From contig DAIMJJ010000001.1 of NCBI GenBank assembly GCA_036722275.1, forward strand, positions 1 through 53,788: a DNA stretch of 53,788 bases. The letters are read 5' to 3'. The notes beneath the pieces are model-generated. The model did not search any database. It was not told the origin of the DNA and saw only the letters and a list, made by a program, of their open reading frames with translations. The stretch is from Rhizobium sp. (lineage in GTDB: Bacteria; Pseudomonadota; Alphaproteobacteria; Rhizobiales; Rhizobiaceae). Both the position numbers and the translations under genes were made by a program. Below, piece by piece: positions 10,042 through 20,000 of the stretch. How positions within the stretch are numbered: position 1 is the first letter of the stretch; the number at the start of each line of letters is the position of its first letter.

Positions 10042-10878
10042 TCATTCACGCACCACATGCAGACAGGCGATGAGTTCTCCGGCCCAGGCCTGCGCCCGCT
10101 GGCGAACTTCCTCGTCGTTCCCCCGCTCGGCAAGATCGAGATAGCCGTCGAGCAGAAGCTCGCACAACGGCACCGGCCGCGTCTCGATCCCCTGCGGCAC
10201 CGCCTCCAGCACTGGCGTCGGCCCGAACGGCGCGGCCCGGACGGTGGCGCTGCGCACCTGCGCGCCGCGCGCCAAGGCGCGCAGGCGCATCCCCGAAGCG
10301 CCCGGGTTCCGGTTCGCTTGGGCTTCGAGATGATCCGCAAGCCGCAATTCGAGCACCGCAATATCCCCCGCCACCGGCCCTGACTGCGACCGACGCAGAT
10401 CATGGAAGGCGCGCCGCCGTTCGCGCCGCAGCGTGGCGACATGACCCAATTCCTCGCGCGCCATACGCTCCGCCGCCAGTCTGATATCCTCGCTCGGCGC
10501 ATGGGCAGCGACATAGGTCCAGAAGACGAAGGCGCGTTCCTCGTTGCGGACCGCCATGGAGAAAGCGCGATACGAATTGAGGAGCTCGGGCGCCACCAGG
10601 GCTGCCCCCTCGTCATCGAACATCGGCTCCTTGAGCGTCACGTCCACCGGCACCGCGACGCTGGCCTTGGCGATCCACTGCTCAACCGAACCGAGGTGGC
10701 TCTGTTCTTCCGCCTGGAGCGCATCGAAAACGGCCGCGAGATCCGGTCGCCCTTCGTCGCGCATGCGACCCGCCAACGCCACATAGCCCGCGATCGCCTC
10801 TTCTTCCATGGCGCGTGCCACCGCCAACAACGCGTCCATCGTCTCGATGGCCCATGGCTCGTCCCTGCTGTCCCTCAT
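10042..10878 (-). CDS. Ferritin-like / rubrerythrin-type diiron protein
   Basis: Duplicated E...ExxH ligand sets (MEEEA...EEQSH; NEERA...EELGH) and a helical C-terminal extension without a rubredoxin CxxC. Confidence 0.8.
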   Translation of the reverse strand: MRDSRDEPWAIETMDALLAVARAMEEEAIAGYVALAGRMRDEGRPDLAAVFDALQAEEQSHLGSVEQWIAKASVAVPVDVTLKEPMFDDEGAALVAPELLNSYRAFSMAVRNEERAFVFWTYVAAHAPSEDIRLAAERMAREELGHVATLRRERRRAFHDLRRSQSGPVAGDIAVLELRLADHLEAQANRNPGASGMRLRALARGAQVRSATVRAAPFGPTPVLEAVPQGIETRPVPLCELLLDGYLDLAERGNDEEVRQRAQAWAGELIACLHVVRE

Positions 10879-10944
10879 GTTTCTTCCCCGGATTGTCAGA
10901 CCTCGCTAGCCCTACTTTACGGCAAAAAGATACAGATTGTATAT

Positions 10945-10958
10945 TTGATTTGAATCAA
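10945..10958. promoter_or_regulatory. FNR/FixK/DNR-type anaerobox
   Basis: TTGATTTGAATCAA, a perfect TTGAT-N4-ATCAA, between the divergent diiron gene and nosR. Confidence 0.88.
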
Positions 10959-11030
10959 AGAGTTTTTGCATTAGGCTGCATAAACACAGCTTTACCCTGC
11001 GATCCGCAACGACAGAAAAAGACGAGGCCG

Positions 11031-13340
11031 ATGATCAACAGCGCGCCGTTCCAGCCACGCCATTTCCTGCCGCGCGCCGTGCTTTCGCTGCTGCTGATCG
11101 CCGCTCTTTCCGTCGCGTTGAGCGTCGTCCAGGCGGTAGCAGCCGGCCAGCTACCCGCCTATCTCGAAAAGGTCCCGCCCTCCGAACTGTTTGCCGACGC
11201 CGATCGCTATGGCGAGCCGCTCGGTGAGCCCCCGATCGCCCCCGTCATGCGCGGCGGCCAGGTCCTCGGCTACGCTTTCCTCAACTCCGACTTCACCAGT
11301 TCGATCGGTTATTCCGGCAAACCGATCCACATCCTGGCCGGTATCGACCCCAAGGGCATCATCCGCGGCTTCAAGCTCGTCGACCACAAGGAACCCATCG
11401 TCCTCATCGGCATCCCTGAGGAAAAGGTCGTCGCATCCCTCAATGCCCTGATCGACAAGGACATGGGCAAAGTCGCCGCGGGTACCGAGCGCCCGCCGCA
11501 GGTCGATATTGTGAGCGGCGCGACCGTCACTGTGCTCGTCATGGGTGACAGCGTTTCGCGCGCCGCCGTGCAGTTGATCCGCAGCAACCGTCTCGACCTC
11601 GCCCCTGCGCCGGGACCATCCGTGGCCGCCGAGATCCGCAAGCTCGACTTGTCGAAAACCGAAACGAGCGACTGGCAGACGCTGCTCGGCGACGGCTCGG
11701 TGCGCAGCCTGCGCATGATCGTCGGCGAGGTGTCCGACGCATTCCGGCAGGCCGGGCAGACGATCGCCGCCGACAAGCCGGAGACGAAGAACCCCAACGA
11801 CCGCTTCATCGACCTTTATCTCGCCCCGGTCAGCGTTCCCGCCATCGGTCGCAGCCTGCTCGGCGACGCCGCCTATGATCGTTTGGCCCAACGGCTCAAG
11901 CCCGGTCAATCGGCGATCCTCGTCGCCGGCGACGGCGCCTACTCGTTCAAGGGTTCAGGCTATGTGCGCGGCGGCATTTTCGACCGCATAGAGCTTCTGC
12001 AGGGCGGCCAGGGCCTGCGCTTTCGCGACCGCGATCATACCCGACTGCCAACGCTCGCCGCCGAAGGCGCGCCGCGCCTCAAGGAGATCGCTCTCTTCGT
12101 CGTTCCGGCGGAATTCGCCTTCGACGTCACCCAGCCCTTCGAGTTGCAGATGCTGGTTCAGCGCAGCGCCGAGGGTCGTGAAAAATCGGTCCTTCCCTAC
12201 AATCTCTCCTACATCCTGCCCGACCGCTATGTGACAGTCGAAAAGGCCCCGCCGCCAGCTGCAACCCCTGCCCCGCCCGCACCGGAAGCGAGCGCTCCGA
12301 TGGCTGGCAGCGACCTCTTGACCGATCAGCAGATCGCCGAAGGCCAGCCGCTGTGGATGCGCATGTGGGACATGAACCGCATCAACATCGCCATCACCAT
12401 TGCCGCACTGGTCGTGCTCACCGGCATTTTCTTCTTCCAGGACTGGCTGGTGAAGCGCCCGACACTGTTTGCATGGGTGCGCCGCGGCTATCTCTTGTTC
12501 ACGCTGGTCTGGCTCGGCTGGTATGCGAATGCCCAGCTCTCGGTGGTCAATGTGCTGACCTTCGTCAACTCGCTCATCACCGGCTTCAACTGGGAATTCT
12601 TCCTGTCCGCACCGCTGATCTTCATCCTCTGGGCAGCGGTTGCCGCCGGCCTGCTTTTCTGGGGAAGGGGTCCCTTCTGCGGCTGGCTGTGCCCGTTTGG
12701 TGCGCTTCAGGAGTTGACCAATAATCTCGCGCAGTGGCTCAAGGTGCCGCAGATCCGCCTGCCCTGGGGCCTGCACGAGCGCCTGTGGCCGCTGAAATAC
12801 ATGATCTTCCTCGGTCTCTTCGGCCTGTCGCTCTACTCCGTGGCGCTTGCCGAAGTGTTTGCCGAGGTCGAGCCGTTCAAGACGGCGATCGTGCTGAAAT
12901 TCGCCCGCGAATGGCCCTTCGTCATCTTCGCGCTGACCATGCTGTCCGCCGGGCTGTTCATCGAACGCTTCTATTGCCGCTATCTCTGTCCGCTCGGCGC
13001 GGCACTCGCCATTCCCGGCCGCATCCGCATGTTCGAATGGCTGAAGCGCTGGCCGGAATGCGGGTCGCCCTGTCAGCGCTGCGCCAAGGAATGTCCCGTC
13101 CAGTCGATCCATCCGGAAGGGCAGATCAATGTCAACGAGTGCATCTACTGCATGCACTGCCAGGAACTCTACCACGACGACCACCGCTGTCCGCACATGA
13201 TCCAGGTGCGCCTGAAGCGGGAGAAATTCGCCGCCCTTTCGACGCCGTCCTCGCGGGGCGAAGCCGCCGCCCGGACCGCCGTCACCCATAACGGCGCACC
13301 GATCGGCAAGGCCGACGGCGCGACCGAACTGCCTGCGTGA
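11031..13340 (+). CDS. nosR: NosR membrane flavo-iron-sulfur protein
   Basis: GYSGKPI, flavinylation motif DIVSGAT, CGWLCP and CRYLCP, C-terminal ferredoxin Cys clusters. Start trimmed to the ATG at 11031. Confidence 0.95.
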   Translation: MINSAPFQPRHFLPRAVLSLLLIAALSVALSVVQAVAAGQLPAYLEKVPPSELFADADRYGEPLGEPPIAPVMRGGQVLGYAFLNSDFTSSIGYSGKPIHILAGIDPKGIIRGFKLVDHKEPIVLIGIPEEKVVASLNALIDKDMGKVAAGTERPPQVDIVSGATVTVLVMGDSVSRAAVQLIRSNRLDLAPAPGPSVAAEIRKLDLSKTETSDWQTLLGDGSVRSLRMIVGEVSDAFRQAGQTIAADKPETKNPNDRFIDLYLAPVSVPAIGRSLLGDAAYDRLAQRLKPGQSAILVAGDGAYSFKGSGYVRGGIFDRIELLQGGQGLRFRDRDHTRLPTLAAEGAPRLKEIALFVVPAEFAFDVTQPFELQMLVQRSAEGREKSVLPYNLSYILPDRYVTVEKAPPPAATPAPPAPEASAPMAGSDLLTDQQIAEGQPLWMRMWDMNRINIAITIAALVVLTGIFFFQDWLVKRPTLFAWVRRGYLLFTLVWLGWYANAQLSVVNVLTFVNSLITGFNWEFFLSAPLIFILWAAVAAGLLFWGRGPFCGWLCPFGALQELTNNLAQWLKVPQIRLPWGLHERLWPLKYMIFLGLFGLSLYSVALAEVFAEVEPFKTAIVLKFAREWPFVIFALTMLSAGLFIERFYCRYLCPLGAALAIPGRIRMFEWLKRWPECGSPCQRCAKECPVQSIHPEGQINVNECIYCMHCQELYHDDHRCPHMIQVRLKREKFAALSTPSSRGEAAARTAVTHNGAPIGKADGATELPA

Positions 13341-13364
13341 TCAACCAGCCAAGGAGAGGCAATC

Positions 13365-15284
13365 ATGTCTAACGAAGAGAACCAGATCCGCTTGAACCGG
13401 CGCCAGATGCTGGGTTCCACGGCTTTCGTGGCGGCGGCGGGAGCCGCGACCGTCGGTGGCGCGATCAGCCTCACCGGTGGCAGCGCCACCCCGGCGGCAG
13501 CGCAAGCCGCGGAAGGCCACGGTGCCGAGGTCAAGCCTGGCGAACTGGACGAATACTATACCTTCTTCTCCAGCGGCCAGAGCGGTGAAGTCCGGGTCGT
13601 CGGCCTGCCGTCCATGCGCGAACTCATGCGCATTCCGGTGTTCAACCGCTGCAGCGCCACCGGCTGGGGCCTGACCAATGAAAGCCGGAAGATCCTCCTC
13701 GAAGGCATGCTGCCGGAAGACCGCGAATTCATGGCGGACCAGGGCGGCATCTTCCTGAACGGCGACCTGCACCATCCGCATCCCTCCCAGACGGACGGGA
13801 CCTATGACGGCCGCTATCTCTATGCCAACGACAAGGCCAATACGCGCGTCTGCCGCATCCGCCTCGATGTGATGAAATGCGACAAGATCATCCAGTTGCC
13901 GAACCAGCACACGGTCCATGGCCTGCGCGTGCAGAAATATCCGAAGACCGGCTATGTCTTCGCCAATGGTGAGGACCGCGTGCCGATCCCGAACGACGGC
14001 AAGATCCTCGACGATCACAAGCAGTACCACGCCATCTTCACCGCGGTGGACGGCGAGACGATGAAGGTCGCCTGGCAGGTCATGGTTGACGGCAACCTCG
14101 ACAATGTCGACGCCGACTACCAGGGCAAGTACTGCTTCGCCACCTGCTACAACTCGGAGGAAGGCGTCAATCTCGCCGAGATGATGGGCAATGAGCAGGA
14201 CTGGATCGTCGTGTTCAACCTGAAGCGCATCGAGGAAGCTGTCGCCAAGGGCGATTTCAAGGAAATGAACGGCGTCCCGGTCCTCGACGGCCGCAAGGGC
14301 TCGCCCTATACCCGCTACATCCCCGTGGCCAACAGCCCGCACGGCATCAACACGGCGCCGGACGGTATTCACGTCGTGGCCAACGGCAAGCTGTCGCCGA
14401 CCGTGACCGTCTTCGACGTCCGCAAGTTCGACGACCTGTTCGACGACAAGATCCAGCCGCGGGACTGCGTCGTCGCCGAGCCGGAACTGGGCCTTGGCCC
14501 GCTGCACACCGCCTATGACGGCAAGGGCAATGCCTATACCACGCTGTTCATCGACAGCCAGGTGTGCAAGTGGAACATCGAGGACGCCAAGAAGGCCTAT
14601 GCCGGCGAGAAGGTCGATCCGATCCGCCAGAAGCTCGACGTCCATTACCAGCCGGGGCACAACCATACCTCCATGGGCCAGACCAAGGAGGCCGACGGCA
14701 AGTGGCTGATCTCGCTCAATAAGTTCTCCAAGGACCGCTATCTGAACGTCGGACCGCTGAAGCCGGAGAACGACCAGCTGATCGACATCTCCGGCGACGA
14801 GATGGTCATCGTTCACGACGGACCGTCCTTCGCCGAGCCGCACGACGCCACCATCGTCCATGCGTCAAAGATCAACCCGGTCAATGTTTGGAACCGCGAC
14901 GACCCCTTCTTTGCCGATGCGGTCGCCCAGGCCAAGGCCGATGGCGTCGACCTGATGGCCGACAGCACGGTCATCCGTGACGGCAACAAGGTCCGCGTCT
15001 ACATGACGTCGGTCGCGCCGGCCTTCGGGCTTGAAAGCTTCCAGGTCAAGCAGGACGACGAAGTCACCGTCTACGTCACCAATATCGATGAAGTGGAAGA
15101 CCTGACCCACGGCTTTGCCATCATCAACTATGGCATCAACATGGAGGTTCCGCCGCAAGCCACCGCCTCGGTCACCTTCAAGGCCAAGAAGCCCGGTGTC
15201 TGGTGGTATTATTGCTCGTGGTTCTGCCATGCCATGCACATGGAGATGAAGGGCCGCATGTTCGTCGAACCGAAGGCGGCATGA
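13365..15284 (+). CDS. nosZ: Tat-dependent (clade I) nitrous-oxide reductase
   Basis: NRRQMLG Tat motif, CuZ His motifs (DLHHPH, SPHG, GPLH, PGH, EPHD), Cu[13 protein letters not shown]. Confidence 0.98.
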   Translation: MSNEENQIRLNRRQMLGSTAFVAAAGAATVGGAISLTGGSATPAAAQAAEGHGAEVKPGELDEYYTFFSSGQSGEVRVVGLPSMRELMRIPVFNRCSATGWGLTNESRKILLEGMLPEDREFMADQGGIFLNGDLHHPHPSQTDGTYDGRYLYANDKANTRVCRIRLDVMKCDKIIQLPNQHTVHGLRVQKYPKTGYVFANGEDRVPIPNDGKILDDHKQYHAIFTAVDGETMKVAWQVMVDGNLDNVDADYQGKYCFATCYNSEEGVNLAEMMGNEQDWIVVFNLKRIEEAVAKGDFKEMNGVPVLDGRKGSPYTRYIPVANSPHGINTAPDGIHVVANGKLSPTVTVFDVRKFDDLFDDKIQPRDCVVAEPELGLGPLHTAYDGKGNAYTTLFIDSQVCKWNIEDAKKAYAGEKVDPIRQKLDVHYQPGHNHTSMGQTKEADGKWLISLNKFSKDRYLNVGPLKPENDQLIDISGDEMVIVHDGPSFAEPHDATIVHASKINPVNVWNRDDPFFADAVAQAKADGVDLMADSTVIRDGNKVRVYMTSVAPAFGLESFQVKQDDEVTVYVTNIDEVEDLTHGFAIINYGINMEVPPQATASVTFKAKKPGVWWYYCSWFCHAMHMEMKGRMFVEPKAA

Positions 15285-16657
15285 TGAACCTTCGTCAGGC
15301 GACGACACGACTTGGAGTGGCGGCCCTCGTGGCCGCCATTCCAGCCATGGGCGGGGCGGCGGAGCACTTTGTTTCGCCGGGCGAGACCCCTTTGCAAGCC
15401 GTGATCTCGCAGGCAACCGCAGGCGATGTCCTCGTCCTTTCGTCCGGAGACCACCGGGGACCGGTCACCATCGACAAGCCGCTGGTGCTCGCCGGTGAGA
15501 AGGGAGCAACCGTCTTCGGCAATGGCAAGGGCAGCGTCGTCACCATCGCCTCGTCCGGCGTGACCGTTCGCGGGCTGACGGTCACCGGCTCGGGCCGCGA
15601 TCTCACCTTCCGCGATTCCGGCATTTACGCCGCGCAGGAGGCGACCGGCGCGATCATCGAGAACAACACCGTCACCGACAACATGTTCGGCATCTATCTT
15701 TACGGCGCAAAGAACTCCGTCGCGCGCAACAACACGGTGATCGGCCTGAAATCCGGCCGCATGAGCGAAGCTGGCAGCGGCATCACCATCTGGAACGCGC
15801 CAGGGGCCAAGGTCATCGGCAACAACATTCGTTTCGGCCGCGACGGGATCGCCACGACGGCCAGCAAGAACAATGTATTCAGCGGCAACCGCTTCAGCGA
15901 CCTGCGCTTTGCCATCCACTACATGTACACCAATGACAGCGAGATCTCCGACAACGTGTCGACCGGCAACTCGGTCGGTTACGCGATCATGTATTCCAAC
16001 CGGCTGAAGATCACCGGCAACGTCTCCGACGGCGACCGCGACCACGGGCTGCTCCTCAACGCCGCCAATGGCTCGCAGATCAGCGGCAATGTCGTTCGCG
16101 GGCGCATGCAGCCGATCGACCGCTGGCTTTCGGCAGGGCAGCAGACCGGCGAGCACGGCGTTCCTGCCTCCGATGGCACGGGCGCGACCGTCCTCGGCGA
16201 CCAGCGTCTCGGGCCGGAAAAGTGCGTCTTCATCTACAATGCCAACCGCAACCGGTTCATGGACAACAGCTTCGAGAACTGCGCCATCGGCATCCACTTC
16301 ACCGCAGGATCGGAAGGCAACCGGATGAGCGGCAACGCCTTCATCAACAACCGCAACCAGGTCAAATATGTCGGAACCCGCTATCTCGACTGGTCGAACG
16401 AGGGTCGTGGCAACTATTGGAGTGACAACCCCGCCTTCGATCTCAACGGCGACGGCATTGCCGACAATCCCTATCGCCCCAATGACCTGATCGACCAGGT
16501 GCTGTGGACTTCGCCTCAGGCGAAGATCCTGATGTCGAGCCCGGCGGTCCAGGTCATCCGCTGGGCCCAGGCACAGTTTCCGGCCCTCCTGCCAGGAGGG
16601 GTGATCGACAGCCATCCGCTGATGGCGCCGGCCACGGAAAGCAAGGTGATCCAATGA
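15281..16657 (+). CDS. nosD: NosD CuZ maturation beta-helix protein
   Basis: Asn-rich beta-helix repeats, [27 protein letters not shown] overlap with nosZ. Confidence 0.95.
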   Translation: MMNLRQATTRLGVAALVAAIPAMGGAAEHFVSPGETPLQAVISQATAGDVLVLSSGDHRGPVTIDKPLVLAGEKGATVFGNGKGSVVTIASSGVTVRGLTVTGSGRDLTFRDSGIYAAQEATGAIIENNTVTDNMFGIYLYGAKNSVARNNTVIGLKSGRMSEAGSGITIWNAPGAKVIGNNIRFGRDGIATTASKNNVFSGNRFSDLRFAIHYMYTNDSEISDNVSTGNSVGYAIMYSNRLKITGNVSDGDRDHGLLLNAANGSQISGNVVRGRMQPIDRWLSAGQQTGEHGVPASDGTGATVLGDQRLGPEKCVFIYNANRNRFMDNSFENCAIGIHFTAGSEGNRMSGNAFINNRNQVKYVGTRYLDWSNEGRGNYWSDNPAFDLNGDGIADNPYRPNDLIDQVLWTSPQAKILMSSPAVQVIRWAQAQFPALLPGGVIDSHPLMAPATESKVIQ

Positions 16658-17568
16658 CCGTGACCGTCAGCGCCAGTGGCGTCTCCAAACGTTATGGCAC
16701 GGTTCATGCCGTCCGGGACGTCACCTTCACCCTCAATGCCGGCGAGACCATCGCGCTGGTCGGTCACAACGGCGCCGGCAAGACGACCCTGATCAAGCTC
16801 ATGCTCGGACTGATCCGGCCGACGAACGGCACCGTCAGCGTGCTCGGCGAGGCCCCGGCCCGCGGCGACTTTCACGTCCGTCAGCGTCTCGGTTACCTGC
16901 CCGAGAGCGTTTCCTTCCACATGGCACTCACCGGGCGCGAGACCCTGGCCTTCTATGCACGCCTGAAGCGCGTGACACTTGGCTCGACGGACGAGCTGTT
17001 TGAACGCGTCGGACTTGCCGAGGAAGCCGCCGACCGTCCGGTCAGGACCTATTCGAAGGGTATGCGCCAGCGTCTCGGCCTCGCCCAGGCGCTGCTCGGC
17101 GAACCGCGCGCGCTGCTGCTCGACGAGCCCACCAGCGGGCTGGATCCGGCGCTGCGCCGCAGCTTTTACGACCTGATCACCCAACTCAAATCGTCCGGCG
17201 CGACCGTGCTTCTGTCCTCGCACGCGCTGACCGAACTCGAGGACCGGGCCGACCGTGTCATCATCGTCAATCGTGGCCTGACCATCGCCGACGGAACGCT
17301 TGACGAGCTTCGCCACATTGCTCGGCTTCCCACCCGCATCGGCGTGACGCTCACGGATGCGGCCTCGAGCCCTGGCTGGACAGAGAACGGCATTCGCTGG
17401 CGGCGGACGGTGAGTGGAGCCTTCGAAGCGGAGGTAGCGCCGGAACACAAGATCCGCCTGCTGCACGACATGACCGCCGATCCGTCACGACTGTCATCGC
17501 TCTCGGTCGTCGAGCCGACGCTCGACGAGCTATATGCGCATTTCCTCGAAGGGCAGTCGCCGACATGA
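16654..17568 (+). CDS. nosF: NosF ABC ATPase
   Basis: GHNGAGKTT, YSKGMRQR, LLDEPTSGLDP; lies between nosD and nosY. Confidence 0.93.
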   Translation: MTVTVSASGVSKRYGTVHAVRDVTFTLNAGETIALVGHNGAGKTTLIKLMLGLIRPTNGTVSVLGEAPARGDFHVRQRLGYLPESVSFHMALTGRETLAFYARLKRVTLGSTDELFERVGLAEEAADRPVRTYSKGMRQRLGLAQALLGEPRALLLDEPTSGLDPALRRSFYDLITQLKSSGATVLLSSHALTELEDRADRVIIVNRGLTIADGTLDELRHIARLPTRIGVTLTDAASSPGWTENGIRWRRTVSGAFEAEVAPEHKIRLLHDMTADPSRLSSLSVVEPTLDELYAHFLEGQSPT

Positions 17569-18392
17569 CCAATATTCTGATCATTGCCCGCAAGGAGATC
17601 CAGGAAGGCCTGCGCAACCGTTGGGTGCTAGCGACCACGCTTCTCTTGGCGGCACTTGCCCTCACGCTCTCCTTCCTCGGCAGCGCACCGACCGGCAATG
17701 TCGGCGTCAACCGTCTGGACGTGGTCATTGTCAGCCTGTCCAGCCTCACCATCTTTCTGGTGCCGCTGATCGCCCTTCTCCTGTCGCATGACGCTATCGT
17801 CGGAGAGAGCGAGCGCGGCACCATGCTCCTGCTGCTCAGCTATCCGGTCGGCCGCAGCGAGGTGATCTTCGGCAAGTTCCTCGGTCATCTCGCCATTCTC
17901 GGCTTTGCGACGCTGTTCGGCTACGGCGCGGCCGCGGGCGCACTCACGGTCGCCGGCAGCGATATAGCGCTCGAAAGCTGGGGCGCCTTCGCCGCCATGA
18001 TCGTCTCGTCCATCCTGCTCGGCGCCGTCTTTCTTGCCATCGGTTATCTCGCAAGCACCCTCGTCGGCGAACGCAGCACGGCGGGCGGCATCGCCATCGG
18101 CATCTGGCTGTTCTTTGTCCTCATCTATGACATGGCCCTGCTCGGTGGGCTGGTGGCGGCCAAGGGCCATGCCGTCCCCGCCCTCCTCCTGGACCTGCTG
18201 CTCCTCGCCAATCCGACCGATGTCTACCGGCTGCTGAACCTCGGCGCGGGCAATGCCGGTGCGCTCTCGGGCATGGGTGGCGTTGCCGCCCATAGCGGTC
18301 TTACGCCCCCCGTTCTCGTTGCCGCGCTTCTGCTCTGGACCGCGCTTCCGCTCGCGTGTGCCACCATCGTCTTTTCAAGGAGGGAAGTATGA
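17565..18392 (+). CDS. nosY: NosY ABC permease
   Basis: IARKEIQEGLRNRW, ERGTMLLLLSYPV, NPTDVYRL. Confidence 0.93.
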   Translation: MTNILIIARKEIQEGLRNRWVLATTLLLAALALTLSFLGSAPTGNVGVNRLDVVIVSLSSLTIFLVPLIALLLSHDAIVGESERGTMLLLLSYPVGRSEVIFGKFLGHLAILGFATLFGYGAAAGALTVAGSDIALESWGAFAAMIVSSILLGAVFLAIGYLASTLVGERSTAGGIAIGIWLFFVLIYDMALLGGLVAAKGHAVPALLLDLLLLANPTDVYRLLNLGAGNAGALSGMGGVAAHSGLTPPVLVAALLLWTALPLACATIVFSRREV

Positions 18393-18961
18393 GATTCTCG
18401 ATCGCCGTTGGCACCATCGCCGCATCCCTCTTGCTCTCGGCCTGCAGCGAAGAACAGGCTGCCATGCCGGCGCCCTTTGCGCTGACAGAAGAGGCCATGG
18501 GCCGTTATTGCGGCATGAATGTTCTCGAACACGCCGGCCCCAAGGGGCAGATCATTCTCGAGCAGATCCCCGAGGCCATCTGGTTCTCCTCGGCGCGCGA
18601 CGCGCTCGCCTTCACCATGCTACCGGAAGAGCCGCGCGACATCGCCGCGATCTATGTGTCCGACATGGGCAAGGCGACAAGTTGGGAGGCGCCGGGGGCG
18701 GATAACTGGATCGATGCCCGCAAGGCCGTCTTCGTCATCGAGAGCAAGCGGCGCGGCGGCATGGGCACGCAGGAAGCCGTGCCCTTCTCCAGCGAGGCCG
18801 ACGCAAAGGCCTTTGCCGACAAGAACGGCGGCCGCCTCGTGACGTTCGATGACATGCCCCAGGACTATATTCTTGGTTCAGGCGATGCGCCGGGGCTCGA
18901 TGGTTCCTCCCAAGACCCTCAATCGACGGGCGAAGATGCAAAGGAGAACGATCATGGCTGA
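18389..18961 (+). CDS. nosL: NosL copper chaperone lipoprotein
   Basis: Lipobox LSAC, YCGM, GPKGQI, WIDA, GGMG. Confidence 0.93.
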   Translation: MRFSIAVGTIAASLLLSACSEEQAAMPAPFALTEEAMGRYCGMNVLEHAGPKGQIILEQIPEAIWFSSARDALAFTMLPEEPRDIAAIYVSDMGKATSWEAPGADNWIDARKAVFVIESKRRGGMGTQEAVPFSSEADAKAFADKNGGRLVTFDDMPQDYILGSGDAPGLDGSSQDPQSTGEDAKENDHG

Positions 18962-19973
18962 CCCCATCACCCGCAGGCGTGCCCTGACCATCATGGCCGC
19001 GGCCGCCGGCCTGCCTCTCGTGTCGACGGCCGGCCGCGCCGCGGCCGCTTCGGCCCCCGTGGTGTGGCACGGCCAGGCGCTCGGGGCGCCAGCCACGCTG
19101 ATCCTCAATCATCCGGATCGGTCTGAGGCGGAGGCGCTTGTCCGCCGCGTCGTCGCTGAGGTGGAAAGACTTGAAGGCATATTGAGCCTCTACCGCGAGA
19201 CCTCGGCGCTGTGCGAACTCAACCGCAGCGGTGCGCTTGCGGCACCACCGCCGGAATTGGTCGATGTCCTCGCCGCGAGCCGAAGCGCCCATGAGACGAC
19301 AGGCGGGGCCTTCGATCCGACGGTCCAGCCCCTCTTTGCCCTTTACGCCCACCACTTCAAAAAAGCCGGTGCCACCGCCGGCGGCCCCGCACAGGATGCC
19401 GTCGAACAAGCGCGGGCGCACGTCGACTTCGACGCGGTACGGTTCAACGCCGACCGCATCGCCTTTGCCCGACCCGACATGGCGCTGACGCTGAACGGCA
19501 TCGCCCAAGGCTATGTCACGGATCGCGTTGTGGCGCTGCTGCGCGCCAGCGGCATGGACAAGAGCCTGATCGACATGGGGGAAAGTCGCGCACTTGGCTC
19601 GCAGCCGAACGGCCGCCCCTGGATGATCGGCATCGCCGAAACCCAGGCGGACCGCCAAGGCGAAACGGTGATCCCGCTGGTCGACAGAGCCATTGCCACC
19701 TCCGCCTTCTCCGGCTTTCTCTTCGACGCCGCCGGCCGCTTCAGCCATATCCTCGACCCTCGTCAGGGCAGCGTACCGCCGCGTTACCGGCGGCTCAGCG
19801 TGATTGCGGCCGATGCGACGCGGGCCGACGCCTATTCGACCGCCTTCAGCCTCATGGAACGGGAACGGATCGAAAGCGTGCTGAAGGGCCAGCCGGATGT
19901 AGCCGTCGACCTGCTGACCGTCGATGGCAAAGCCCTTCGTCTCGGACGGCCGGCGACCGCCTTGTCGCTCTGA
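18954..19973 (+). CDS. nosX: NosX ApbE-family flavin transferase
   Basis: Tat motif TRRRAL, GAFDPTVQPL, LNGIAQGY, IATS, HILDP, ADAYST. Confidence 0.92.
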   Translation: MADPITRRRALTIMAAAAGLPLVSTAGRAAAASAPVVWHGQALGAPATLILNHPDRSEAEALVRRVVAEVERLEGILSLYRETSALCELNRSGALAAPPPELVDVLAASRSAHETTGGAFDPTVQPLFALYAHHFKKAGATAGGPAQDAVEQARAHVDFDAVRFNADRIAFARPDMALTLNGIAQGYVTDRVVALLRASGMDKSLIDMGESRALGSQPNGRPWMIGIAETQADRQGETVIPLVDRAIATSAFSGFLFDAAGRFSHILDPRQGSVPPRYRRLSVIAADATRADAYSTAFSLMERERIESVLKGQPDVAVDLLTVDGKALRLGRPATALSL

Positions 19974-20000
19974 GCTCCCCGGCGAACGCCGGGCTGCCGG

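Noticed and set aside
10042..10878. Ferritin-like protein as encapsulin cargo or bacterioferritin
   Set aside because: No encapsulin gene in the window, no evident targeting peptide, and the length and ligand pattern are rubrerythrin-like.
10815..11030. N-terminal extensions in the ORF track (nosR, nosD, nosF, nosX, 31010, 36357, 37631, 42454, 4960)
   Set aside because: They overlap upstream genes or promoters; downstream starts have an RBS or stop-start overlaps.
15203..16657. Asn-rich repeats as an adhesin or RTX protein
   Set aside because: They are the normal NosD beta-helix.
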